The notes under the pieces were generated by a model, which was given only the letters and a program-made list of their open reading frames with translations, was not told the origin of the DNA and did not search any database. A stretch of DNA of 64,000 nucleotides, from NCBI GenBank assembly GCA_006226965.1, contig SBGQ01000167.1, positions 21,484 through 85,483 of the forward strand, in the 5' to 3' direction. The DNA comes from a bacterium (GTDB lineage: Bacteria; Bacteroidota; Rhodothermia; Balneolales; M1805). Shown in pieces: positions 35,474 through 43,865 of the stretch (positions are counted from its first letter, which is position 1; each line of letters starts with the position of its first letter). The position numbers and the translations under genes were made by a program.

Positions 35474-36511
35474 ATGTCCAACTTCCCCGAACTCAAAAAC
35501 GATTTATTTTTAAAAGCATTACGCGGAGAACAAGTAACACGTCCGCCCGTTTGGATGATGCGTCAAGCCGGGCGTTATTTACCTGAATACAGAGAATTAC
35601 AAGCAAAATATTCGTTCTTTGAGCGTTGTGAAACACCGGAATTAGCAACAGAAATTACGATTCAACCCATCGACCGTTTAGGAGTAGATGCGGCTATTTT
35701 GTTTTCTGATATCTTGGTGATGGCTCAGGCATTGGATTTTCACGTAACGATTGAAAAAGGCGAAGGCCCGATTATTCATAATCCGATTCAAACCGAAGCA
35801 GACGCTTTCAAAGTGAGTAAGCCCGATGTTGCAGATCGTTTGAATTACGTGATGCAAGCCGTTACGATGATTCGCACCGAATTAAATGGCAGAGTTCCTT
35901 TAATCGGTTTTGCGGGTTCGCCCTGGACTATTTTTTGTTATTTAGTTGAAGGCCACGGTTCAAAAGATTTCGCAAAAGCCAAAGCCTTTTGTTTTTCTTA
36001 TCCGAAAGCGGCAGCCCATGTATTATCTGTTATTGCCGATGCAACTGCCGATTATCTGAATGCTCAAATTATAGCAGGTGCGCAGGCTGTTCAAGTGTTC
36101 GATTCTTGGGGCGGCTTATTATCTCCCAACGATTTTTCGGTGTTGAGTTATCCGTACATGAAACAAATTGTAGATCAGGTAAAAGGCGCTCCGGTAATTT
36201 TATTTGCCAAAGGTGCTTGGTATGCGATGGAAGAAATGGCAACATCAGGTGCATCGGCATTGGGTTTAGATTGGTGTACAACTCCTGAATTTGCTCGAAA
36301 AGCAACACATAACGCGATTACCTTACAGGGTAACTTCGACCCTACACATTTATTAAAACCCATTCCGGAATTGAAATTGGAAGTTCATGATATGATTCGA
36401 CGATTTGGCGTTCAACGATATATCGTGAATTTGGGACATGGAATTATTCCCGGGATTCCGGTTCCGCATGCACAGGCATTTGTTGAAGCTGTAAAAGAGT
36501 ACAGCGAATAA
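35474..36511 (+). CDS. hemE: uroporphyrinogen decarboxylase
   Basis: 345 aa with PPVWMMRQAGRYLPEYR. Confidence 0.9.
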   Translation: MSNFPELKNDLFLKALRGEQVTRPPVWMMRQAGRYLPEYRELQAKYSFFERCETPELATEITIQPIDRLGVDAAILFSDILVMAQALDFHVTIEKGEGPIIHNPIQTEADAFKVSKPDVADRLNYVMQAVTMIRTELNGRVPLIGFAGSPWTIFCYLVEGHGSKDFAKAKAFCFSYPKAAAHVLSVIADATADYLNAQIIAGAQAVQVFDSWGGLLSPNDFSVLSYPYMKQIVDQVKGAPVILFAKGAWYAMEEMATSGASALGLDWCTTPEFARKATHNAITLQGNFDPTHLLKPIPELKLEVHDMIRRFGVQRYIVNLGHGIIPGIPVPHAQAFVEAVKEYSE

Positions 36512-36537
36512 GCAAAGTTTTGTATATTGCGCCGCTT

Positions 36538-36951
36538 ATGAAAGTTTTTAACAACTCCATATTACGAATCACCATGATAAACCTGATATTGTTCGGGATT
36601 ATCTGTTTGATTTCTCCTAAAGAGGTGGAGCGAAGTAAATGGCTTTCTTATGAAGAATGGCTTGAATCAGTAAAAGCAGATGAAGCAAATACAGAAGCTT
36701 CTGATTCACAAAACGATGTGCAGATTACCCAATTTTCTTGGGCTGATTATCATCAATCACAAACTGCAAAACAAAGCATTCTTCAACCGGATAACGGTTT
36801 TAAATTAGCATTAACAAATTACATCGGAGCAGTTTCAACTCCTGTTGAAATGCTTCCTTTATACCAAGCTCATAAACCACATCATCAAACTTTAGAAGAT
36901 GGACACGATTTTGAGCCTCTGGCATTTGGCGTAGTAATTGGAGCGCCATAA
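36538..36951 (+). CDS. hypothetical membrane-anchored protein
   Basis: ATG at 36538 (MKVFNNSILRITMINLILFGIICLI...) with one N-terminal TM helix. No recognisable domain. Confidence 0.45.
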   Translation: MKVFNNSILRITMINLILFGIICLISPKEVERSKWLSYEEWLESVKADEANTEASDSQNDVQITQFSWADYHQSQTAKQSILQPDNGFKLALTNYIGAVSTPVEMLPLYQAHKPHHQTLEDGHDFEPLAFGVVIGAP

Positions 36952-37051
36952 CCGCTGAATTTAGCTCATCTCTTATCCCTCAAGTTTGGGAGGGAATCCA
37001 ATTTCAAACTATTTATTTACTAAAACTATAATCCAAAATAACAGGAACACT

Positions 37052-38866
37052 ATGAAAGGGAATGGAACAAAACTGTTCTTTATTCTTGCTTTTATTGCGG
37101 TTGCAGGCTATTACTTGCAGTATTCGGTTAGATACTGGTTGGAAATGCGCCATGTGGCAACTTTAGAAGGCGAAGCAAAAGAAACCTATCTGCGTGATAA
37201 CAACGAAAAGTTGACTTCACTCAAAGAAAACATTATTAACCTCGGCTTGGACTTACAAGGCGGTATGCACGTAACCTTAGAATTAGACGCGGTTTCTTTA
37301 GTAAGAAACTTAGCAACTGAGGGCGTGGATTCAAGCTTAACTAACTCTTTAGCTTATGCTCAATCTCAAGCAGTAACATCAGATATTGATGTAATCGATA
37401 TTTTGGTTGATCATTATCAGGCAAAAGACCCGAATGCACGTTTGAGCCGTTATTTCCGTAACGAAGCAGACAACATTTCTCGCCGTTCTTCAAACGATGA
37501 AATTCGTCAGTGGTTAAAAAACCAACGTGATAATGCTGTGGGACGTGCCATTGAAATTATTCGTACTCGTGTTGACCGTTTCGGTGTGAACGAGCCAACA
37601 ATCGTAAGACAAGGTGCCAGCCGTATTGTTGTGGAATTAGCCGGTATTACAGATGAAGACCGTGTTCGTAACTTATTAAAAGGTACAGCGCGCTTGGAAT
37701 TCCGTCTTGCTGCCGATCCTGATGAACTCCGCAACAGTTTGCAACGTGTAGTTGAAGCTTTCGATGTAAATGTTGAAAAACAAGAAGGCGACTCAACAGT
37801 AACAACTCGCGAAAACAAATTGATGGAAATTTTTATTCCACAAGGTCAAAGTATTGTTTTCGGTGCTGCAGCCGGTCCTGATACAGCAAAAGTAAACGCT
37901 TTATTAAGCGACGAAAAAATCAGAAAAATGCTTCCTCGTGATGTTCAGTTAATGTGGACAGCGAAAGTAGCATTCACCGGCGATAATGCCGTTCCTTATT
38001 ACTCATTAATCGGGGTAAAAGAGCGTGTTGAATTAACAGGTGAAGTTATCGAAGAAGCGCGTCCGGCTTTCGACCAATACAGTAACACACCGGAAGTTTC
38101 TATGAGTATGAACAAAGAAGGTGCTCGTAAATGGGCTCGTATCACCGGTTCTAACATCGGCAAGCCAATTGCAATTGTGTTAGATAACTATGTGTACACT
38201 TATCCGAATGTACAGGTCAAAATTTCTGACGGTCGTTCATCAATTACCAACCTTACTACTTTAAAAGAAGCAGAAGACTTGGTAAACATCTTGTTATCAG
38301 GTGCTTTACCAGCTCCTTTAAACATTGCTGAAGAAAGAACAGTTGGTCCATCTTTAGGTCAACAATCAATCCAATCAGGTTTTTATTCTACCATGCTTGG
38401 TTTGTTTATCGTAGCTGTGTTTATGATTTTCTATTACCAGAAATCAGGTGCTATTGCTGACCTCGCATTAATCTTGAACATCGTGTTCATTTTCGGTGTG
38501 TTAGCAGCGTTTAAAGCAACACTTACATTACCTGGTATTGCCGGTATCGTATTAACTATCGGTATGGCAGTAGATGCGAACGTATTGATTTTCGATCGTA
38601 TCCGCGAAGAAATGTTCCATGGCAAGAGCTTATTGGCAGCAATTGATGCCGGTTATTCAAATGCTATGAGCGCAATTTTTGACTCTAACATTACCACATT
38701 CTTGACTGGTGCTATTCTTTATAGTTTCGGTGTAGGCCCGATTAAAGGTTTTGCTGTAACGCTGATGGCAGGTATCGTGTGTTCATTGTTTAGTGCAATT
38801 GTAATTACACGTTTTGTGATTGATTCTATCACAAAAGATAAAACTGCCAAATTAAGCATTGGTTAA
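37052..38866 (+). CDS. secD: protein translocase subunit SecD
   Basis: I chose the ATG at 37052 (MKGNGTKLFFILAF...); the track start at 36986 is a TTG. Large periplasmic domain plus a C-terminal 6-TM region (GIAGIVLTIGMAVDANVLIFDRIREE). Confidence 0.9.
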   Translation: MKGNGTKLFFILAFIAVAGYYLQYSVRYWLEMRHVATLEGEAKETYLRDNNEKLTSLKENIINLGLDLQGGMHVTLELDAVSLVRNLATEGVDSSLTNSLAYAQSQAVTSDIDVIDILVDHYQAKDPNARLSRYFRNEADNISRRSSNDEIRQWLKNQRDNAVGRAIEIIRTRVDRFGVNEPTIVRQGASRIVVELAGITDEDRVRNLLKGTARLEFRLAADPDELRNSLQRVVEAFDVNVEKQEGDSTVTTRENKLMEIFIPQGQSIVFGAAAGPDTAKVNALLSDEKIRKMLPRDVQLMWTAKVAFTGDNAVPYYSLIGVKERVELTGEVIEEARPAFDQYSNTPEVSMSMNKEGARKWARITGSNIGKPIAIVLDNYVYTYPNVQVKISDGRSSITNLTTLKEAEDLVNILLSGALPAPLNIAEERTVGPSLGQQSIQSGFYSTMLGLFIVAVFMIFYYQKSGAIADLALILNIVFIFGVLAAFKATLTLPGIAGIVLTIGMAVDANVLIFDRIREEMFHGKSLLAAIDAGYSNAMSAIFDSNITTFLTGAILYSFGVGPIKGFAVTLMAGIVCSLFSAIVITRFVIDSITKDKTAKLSIG

Positions 38867-38886
38867 TAAGGAGGCTTAAGAATATT

Positions 38887-39807
38887 ATGAGACTTTTTGA
38901 AACAGCTAATTATAGCTTCATCGAAAACAAAAAAATTGGATATATCATATCCTCTGCATTGATTGCCATCTCCATTTTAGGAATCGTATTTAAAGGCGGT
39001 TTACAATATGGTATCGATTTTAAAGGTGGTAAGGAATTCGTTCTTGAATTCGCAAAAGATGTATCTGTAAATGATGTGCGTTCAGCCCTTACTGATGTAT
39101 TTGGTTCGCAACCTGAAGTGAAAAACTTTGGTGGCAATAATATTGTCTTAGTTAGAACCGATTCAGAAAAAGATGTAAACTCATTAAAAGCAGAAATTGC
39201 TTCATCATTGAAGTCTGCTATTCCTGATAATGCATCAAGCATTCAAAAAACAGATAACGTAACAGCACGTTTTTCTGAAGATTTAAAACTCAGCGCGATT
39301 GAAGCAATTATTTACTCAATCGTAATGATTTTCTTATACATCTTATTACGTTTCCGTAACTGGAGATTCTCTGCCGGTGCGGTTGCTGCCTTAATACATG
39401 ATGTTACCATCACCTTAGGTTTATTTACCATTTTGAATGATATGTTACCATTCAGTTTAACAATCGACCAAACGATTATTGCCGCATTCTTAACGATTGT
39501 GGGTTATTCCTTGAACGATACCGTGGTAGTATTCGACCGTATTCGTGAGAATGCAATGGTTCATAAAGGAATGGAATATTCTAAGATGATTAACATGAGT
39601 ATCAATAATACTTTGAGCCGTACAGTGATAACTTCAGGTACTACCTTGTTCGTAGTAGTTGTGTTGTTTATATTCGGGGGCGAAGTATTAAAAGGATTCT
39701 CATTTGCGCTCTTAATGGGTATCCTCATCGGTACTTACAGTTCGATTTTTATTGCAAGTAGCTTAGTTGTTGACTTGGACAAAAAATCAAATACTGCAAA
39801 AAGCTAA
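38887..39807 (+). CDS. secF: protein translocase subunit SecF
   Basis: 306 aa with GIDFKGG and TIVGYSLNDTVVVFDRIREN. Confidence 0.9.
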   Translation: MRLFETANYSFIENKKIGYIISSALIAISILGIVFKGGLQYGIDFKGGKEFVLEFAKDVSVNDVRSALTDVFGSQPEVKNFGGNNIVLVRTDSEKDVNSLKAEIASSLKSAIPDNASSIQKTDNVTARFSEDLKLSAIEAIIYSIVMIFLYILLRFRNWRFSAGAVAALIHDVTITLGLFTILNDMLPFSLTIDQTIIAAFLTIVGYSLNDTVVVFDRIRENAMVHKGMEYSKMINMSINNTLSRTVITSGTTLFVVVVLFIFGGEVLKGFSFALLMGILIGTYSSIFIASSLVVDLDKKSNTAKS

Positions 39808-39828
39808 CTTAACCCGGAGATAAATAAA

Positions 39829-40176
39829 ATGAGTTTCCATATTGACGAGCGTTATAATTGTGTGGTAATTGAGTTCAAAGGTAATGTTATGGGCGGCCCA
39901 GATGCGGTTAGCCTTAACGAAAAACTTCATGAGTTAATCGATCAGGATAAAAAACATATCGTGGTTGACCTCGGAAAAGTAAAATTCATGAACTCATCTG
40001 GTTTGGGAATGCTTATTGGAGCTCTCACAACTATGAAGAATGCAGGCGGTGATTTAAGAATTGCCAATGCCAGCAACAAGATTGAGAGTCTGTTAATCAT
40101 CACAAAATTGATTACAGTATTTGAAAACTTCAAAACATTGGAAGAAGCTGTAGCTTCGTACGATCCGAAGAAGTAG
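39829..40176 (+). CDS. STAS-domain protein (anti-sigma-factor antagonist type)
   Basis: 115 aa with FMNSSGLGML (the conserved phosphorylatable Ser context). No partner kinase or phosphatase in the window. Confidence 0.75.
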   Translation: MSFHIDERYNCVVIEFKGNVMGGPDAVSLNEKLHELIDQDKKHIVVDLGKVKFMNSSGLGMLIGALTTMKNAGGDLRIANASNKIESLLIITKLITVFENFKTLEEAVASYDPKK

Positions 40177-40211
40177 TCAAAAAAATCTCATCGCATTTTT
40201 ATATCTTTGGC

Positions 40212-40250
40212 AAAAGAGGTATCTGAACCGGATACCTCTTTTGTTTTTTT
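40212..40250 (+). terminator. intrinsic terminator
   Basis: AAAAGAGGTATC (40212-40223) pairs with GATACCTCTTTT (40231-40242), followed by GTTTTTTT. Confidence 0.75.
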
Positions 40251-40266
40251 ATGGAATAGAAATTTT

Positions 40267-41553
40267 ATGTCAACTCGTGTAGTAATTGGTGCCCAATGGG
40301 GCGATGAAGGCAAAGGCAAAATTATTGACCTTCTCAGTAACAAAGTATCCGTAGTAGCCCGTTATCAAGGCGGTGCGAATGCAGGGCATACCCTCAAGTT
40401 TGATAATACAACAATCGTTTTACACCTGGTTCCATCCGGGGTTTTTCATGATAACACCGAATGTGTAATCGGGAATGGTGTTGTGATTGACCCATTAGCT
40501 CTTTTGACAGAGTTAGAGGAAGTTCGCTCACATAATATTAACCCAGAAGGTCGTCTTTTCATAAGTGAAAGTGCTCATGTTATTATGAGCTATCACAAAG
40601 TATTAGATCAGGCTCGCGAAAAATCTAAGGGCGATAATAAAATTGGAACAACCGGAAGAGGAATCGGTCCGGCTTACGTTCATAAATATTCCAGAAACGG
40701 CGTTCGAATGATGGACTTGCTCGACGCTGAAGTGCTTCGTACAAAAGTAGAAGCAAACGTTACAGAAATTAACCATTTGTTAGAGCAGTTGAATTGTGAT
40801 GAAAAGCTCGAAGCAAATCAGATTGTAAAAGAAATGCTTGAAGCAGGTGAGAAGCTCAAACCTTTTGTTTGTGATACAGGTTTGTTGCTCCACAATGCAC
40901 AAAAAGCAGGAAAAAATATCTTATTGGAAGGTGCTCAAGGCGCTTTGTTAGATGTAGATCACGGAACCTATCCTTTTGTTACTTCTTCATCTCCAACATC
41001 CGGCGGTGCTTGTACCGGAACAGGATTACCCCCAACTGCAATTACGCATGTAATGGGAATTATGAAAGCGTATTGTACACGTGTTGGAAATGGACCTTTC
41101 CCAACTGAATTGCATAACGAAATCGGGGAAGAAATCAGAAAAATCGGACATGAATTCGGTGCTACAACCGGACGTCCGCGCAGAACCGGCTGGTTAGATT
41201 TAGTTGCCTTAAAATATGCGTGTAGAATTAACGGCATCAACGAATTGGCTGTTACCAAATTAGACGTTCTCGATGCATTCGAAGAAATTCAGATTTGTAC
41301 CGCTTACGATATTGACGGTGTTCAAACCGATCAATTCCCCTTAGAACTCAAAAAAATTGAGAAAGTAAAACCGGTTTATACAGCATTAAAAGGTTGGAAT
41401 TGTGATACTACAAAAATCACAGATAAAGAAGCCTTACCACAAACGGTTAAAGATTATGTAGCCTTTATAGAAACGTATCTTGAAGTGCCTGTGGTTATTT
41501 TATCAACCGGACCAAAACGCAAAGAAACCTTGTTCTTACAGGAAGTTCACTAA
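40267..41553 (+). CDS. purA: adenylosuccinate synthase
   Basis: I chose the ATG at 40267 (MSTRVVIGAQWGDEGKGK). The track ORF from 40207 would run through the terminator. Confidence 0.95.
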   Translation: MSTRVVIGAQWGDEGKGKIIDLLSNKVSVVARYQGGANAGHTLKFDNTTIVLHLVPSGVFHDNTECVIGNGVVIDPLALLTELEEVRSHNINPEGRLFISESAHVIMSYHKVLDQAREKSKGDNKIGTTGRGIGPAYVHKYSRNGVRMMDLLDAEVLRTKVEANVTEINHLLEQLNCDEKLEANQIVKEMLEAGEKLKPFVCDTGLLLHNAQKAGKNILLEGAQGALLDVDHGTYPFVTSSSPTSGGACTGTGLPPTAITHVMGIMKAYCTRVGNGPFPTELHNEIGEEIRKIGHEFGATTGRPRRTGWLDLVALKYACRINGINELAVTKLDVLDAFEEIQICTAYDIDGVQTDQFPLELKKIEKVKPVYTALKGWNCDTTKITDKEALPQTVKDYVAFIETYLEVPVVILSTGPKRKETLFLQEVH

Positions 41554-41562
41554 ACCCTTTCT

Positions 41563-42669
41563 ATGGAGCGATTTCGAATTGAATATCTGGTGACTTGTCT
41601 GGATGGAGAAACCATTCAGAATAAAGCGCTGGGTATAGCATTAGAACAAAGTGTTGAATTACCGACATCTGTTCTAAACGATTGGATTAAAGAAAATACC
41701 GCCGGGAGAGTTGAGTCAGTTGAACAAACCGGCGAAAAAACGTATTTAGTAGAATGTTCCTACGCTATTTCTAGTGTTGATGGCGATTTAACACAATTCC
41801 TGAATGTATTACTGGGGAATATCTCATTAAAACCCGGCATTCAGGTAATTAATGTAGATTGGGAAACAATAACAGACTGGTTTCCGGGTCCGCGTTTCGG
41901 TGTGGAAGGCGTTCGTATCAATTTGGGAATACAAGAGCGTCCCTTGTCTTGCTCGGCCTTAAAACCTTTGGGTTATTCTGTTGACCAATTAGCTGATTTA
42001 ACCTTTCAATTTGCAACGGGCGGCTTAGATTTAATAAAAGACGACCACGGAATTGCAGATCAACGTCATGCACCGTTTATACACCGTACCAAAGCTTGTG
42101 TTGAAGCAGTGAGAAATGCTCGCGATTTAACAGGAAAACAATCTTGGTATTTGCCGAACATCACGACCAAAGGTTCCAAACTGATGGATAGATTTCGTCA
42201 GGCTGAGGATTTAGGTGCGCAAGGCGTATTACTATCTCCGCAATTGGTTGGTTTGGAAATGATGGCCGAGTTAGCTGCATCTGACGTAAATTTGCCGATT
42301 ATGGCGCATCCCGCTTTTTCAGGTAATTATTTGGGTGCTGCTGATGGATTTTCACATTCGTTTTTATACGGAAGTTTGTGGCGCGCTTTTGGTGCCGATT
42401 TCGTGATTTACCCAAACCACGGCGGAAGATTTTCATTTTCCTTAGATGAATGTTTAGGAATCAATCAGGCTGCTTTAGACCCGATGGTTCCGTTTGCACG
42501 CACATTCCCGACACCCGGCGGTGGTTTAGACCGAAATCGTATTCCTGAATGGCGCGAACGATATGGAAATGATATTGTTTTTCTGATGGGAGGCTCTTTA
42601 TATAAGCATCCTGAAGGAATAAAAGCTGCGTCAGCAGAAGTGTTGGCTGTGCTCGAAAACAGAGTGTAA
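41563..42669 (+). CDS. RuBisCO large-subunit-like protein (form IV RLP)
   Basis: 368 aa with LKPLG, GGLDLIKDDH, MAHPAFSG, PNHGGRF, PGGG and MGGS, which align with RuBisCO active-site blocks. Key residues are substituted: KPKxG becomes KPLG, KDDE becomes KDDH, and HR becomes HP. Confidence 0.75.
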   Translation: MERFRIEYLVTCLDGETIQNKALGIALEQSVELPTSVLNDWIKENTAGRVESVEQTGEKTYLVECSYAISSVDGDLTQFLNVLLGNISLKPGIQVINVDWETITDWFPGPRFGVEGVRINLGIQERPLSCSALKPLGYSVDQLADLTFQFATGGLDLIKDDHGIADQRHAPFIHRTKACVEAVRNARDLTGKQSWYLPNITTKGSKLMDRFRQAEDLGAQGVLLSPQLVGLEMMAELAASDVNLPIMAHPAFSGNYLGAADGFSHSFLYGSLWRAFGADFVIYPNHGGRFSFSLDECLGINQAALDPMVPFARTFPTPGGGLDRNRIPEWRERYGNDIVFLMGGSLYKHPEGIKAASAEVLAVLENRV

Positions 42670-42824
42670 GGATTTCGGATTTCGGATATTGAACGAATGG
42701 ACTAAAGATTACAGGAAATAATTTTTCTGCCTTTTTTTGTTATAGGTCAAAATCATAGATCTAACATCGACAATCAAAAATCACTATATACCTTTACAAC
42801 TCAAAACCTCTATACCTTTTCAAT

Positions 42825-43283
42825 ATGAAAAATCGCTCAAAAATCATTCATTGCTCCGATTATCACTGGGATGGTGTTGAAACCAAGCAGTACAAAACCG
42901 AAGGAACGAACTTTAAAGACATTACACGTTATTCTTTATTAGGTGAGTCGGAAGATGAGTGGGAGTTGAATATGCAGACCCGCTATTTTGAGGTTCAACC
43001 GGGCGGATATTCGTCCTTGGAGTATCACAGACATCCGCATTCGGTAGTGATTATTCGCGGTAAAGGAAGTATGGTATTGGGGAATGAAGTTCACGAAATT
43101 CATTTGCATGATGTGATTTTTATCTCACCGGAAACCTTGCACCAATTTCATGCAGATAAAGGTGAGCCATTAGGATTCTTATGTGTTGTAGATCGTTATC
43201 GTGATAAACCGGGTGTTCCGACTGAAAAACAGTTAGATGAATGGTTGGGCGACTGTGAAGCCAGAAAAAAATGCAGAATTTGA
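42825..43283 (+). CDS. cupin-domain protein
   Basis: 152 aa with cupin motifs GGYSSLEYHRHPHSVVIIRGKG and ISPETLHQF. Confidence 0.7.
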   Translation: MKNRSKIIHCSDYHWDGVETKQYKTEGTNFKDITRYSLLGESEDEWELNMQTRYFEVQPGGYSSLEYHRHPHSVVIIRGKGSMVLGNEVHEIHLHDVIFISPETLHQFHADKGEPLGFLCVVDRYRDKPGVPTEKQLDEWLGDCEARKKCRI

Positions 43284-43343
43284 TAAAAAAGTTCAAAAGC
43301 AGCTTGCAATGAGTTCCTAGCTTGTTGTATATTTGCTGCCCAC

Positions 43344-43417
<74 letters not shown>

Positions 43418-43420
43418 AGT

Positions 43421-43455
43421 AAAGCCTCTTAAACGAAAGTTTGAGAGGCTTTTTT
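43421..43455 (+). terminator. intrinsic terminator after the tRNA
   Basis: AAAGCCTCTTAAAC-GAAA-GTTTGAGAGGCTTT with one T-G pair, followed by a T-run. Confidence 0.75.
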
Positions 43456-43865
43456 GTTTAATTACTTAGATAATGTCCTAAAATATTCATCATGGAAGTT
43501 TGTGGTTAGTAATTAAACAAAAGAGACAGTAAGCACGTGTTAAAGTACTGTCACAACTAATTTTAGTTTATAGATTGATTCCAACAAATTATAGGTTGTA
43601 CAAATTTTTTTGGTGTAGCGATGTATAATTCGAATTAATAGTTATTTAATAGAAATTAATTTGATGCACCGTAATAATTTACTATCCTACCATCCAAATT
43701 AAGTACAAGATATTAGGGTTGTAAATTTAAGTGAGTGTTGTGGGAGGGAAGCCCATCATGTGTTATGAATATCACTCTTGAGGAACTTAGTATTTACGAG
43801 TTAATGGGTCTGTAATTAATTGAATTCACTTTTTATTCAAACTAGTTTAATCTAACGTTTATACT

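Noticed and set aside
42671-42690. Short tandem repeat GATTTCG-GATTTCG-GAT immediately after the RLP stop.
   Set aside because: There are only about 2.5 copies of a 7-mer, with no further array and no hairpin. It is too small to interpret.
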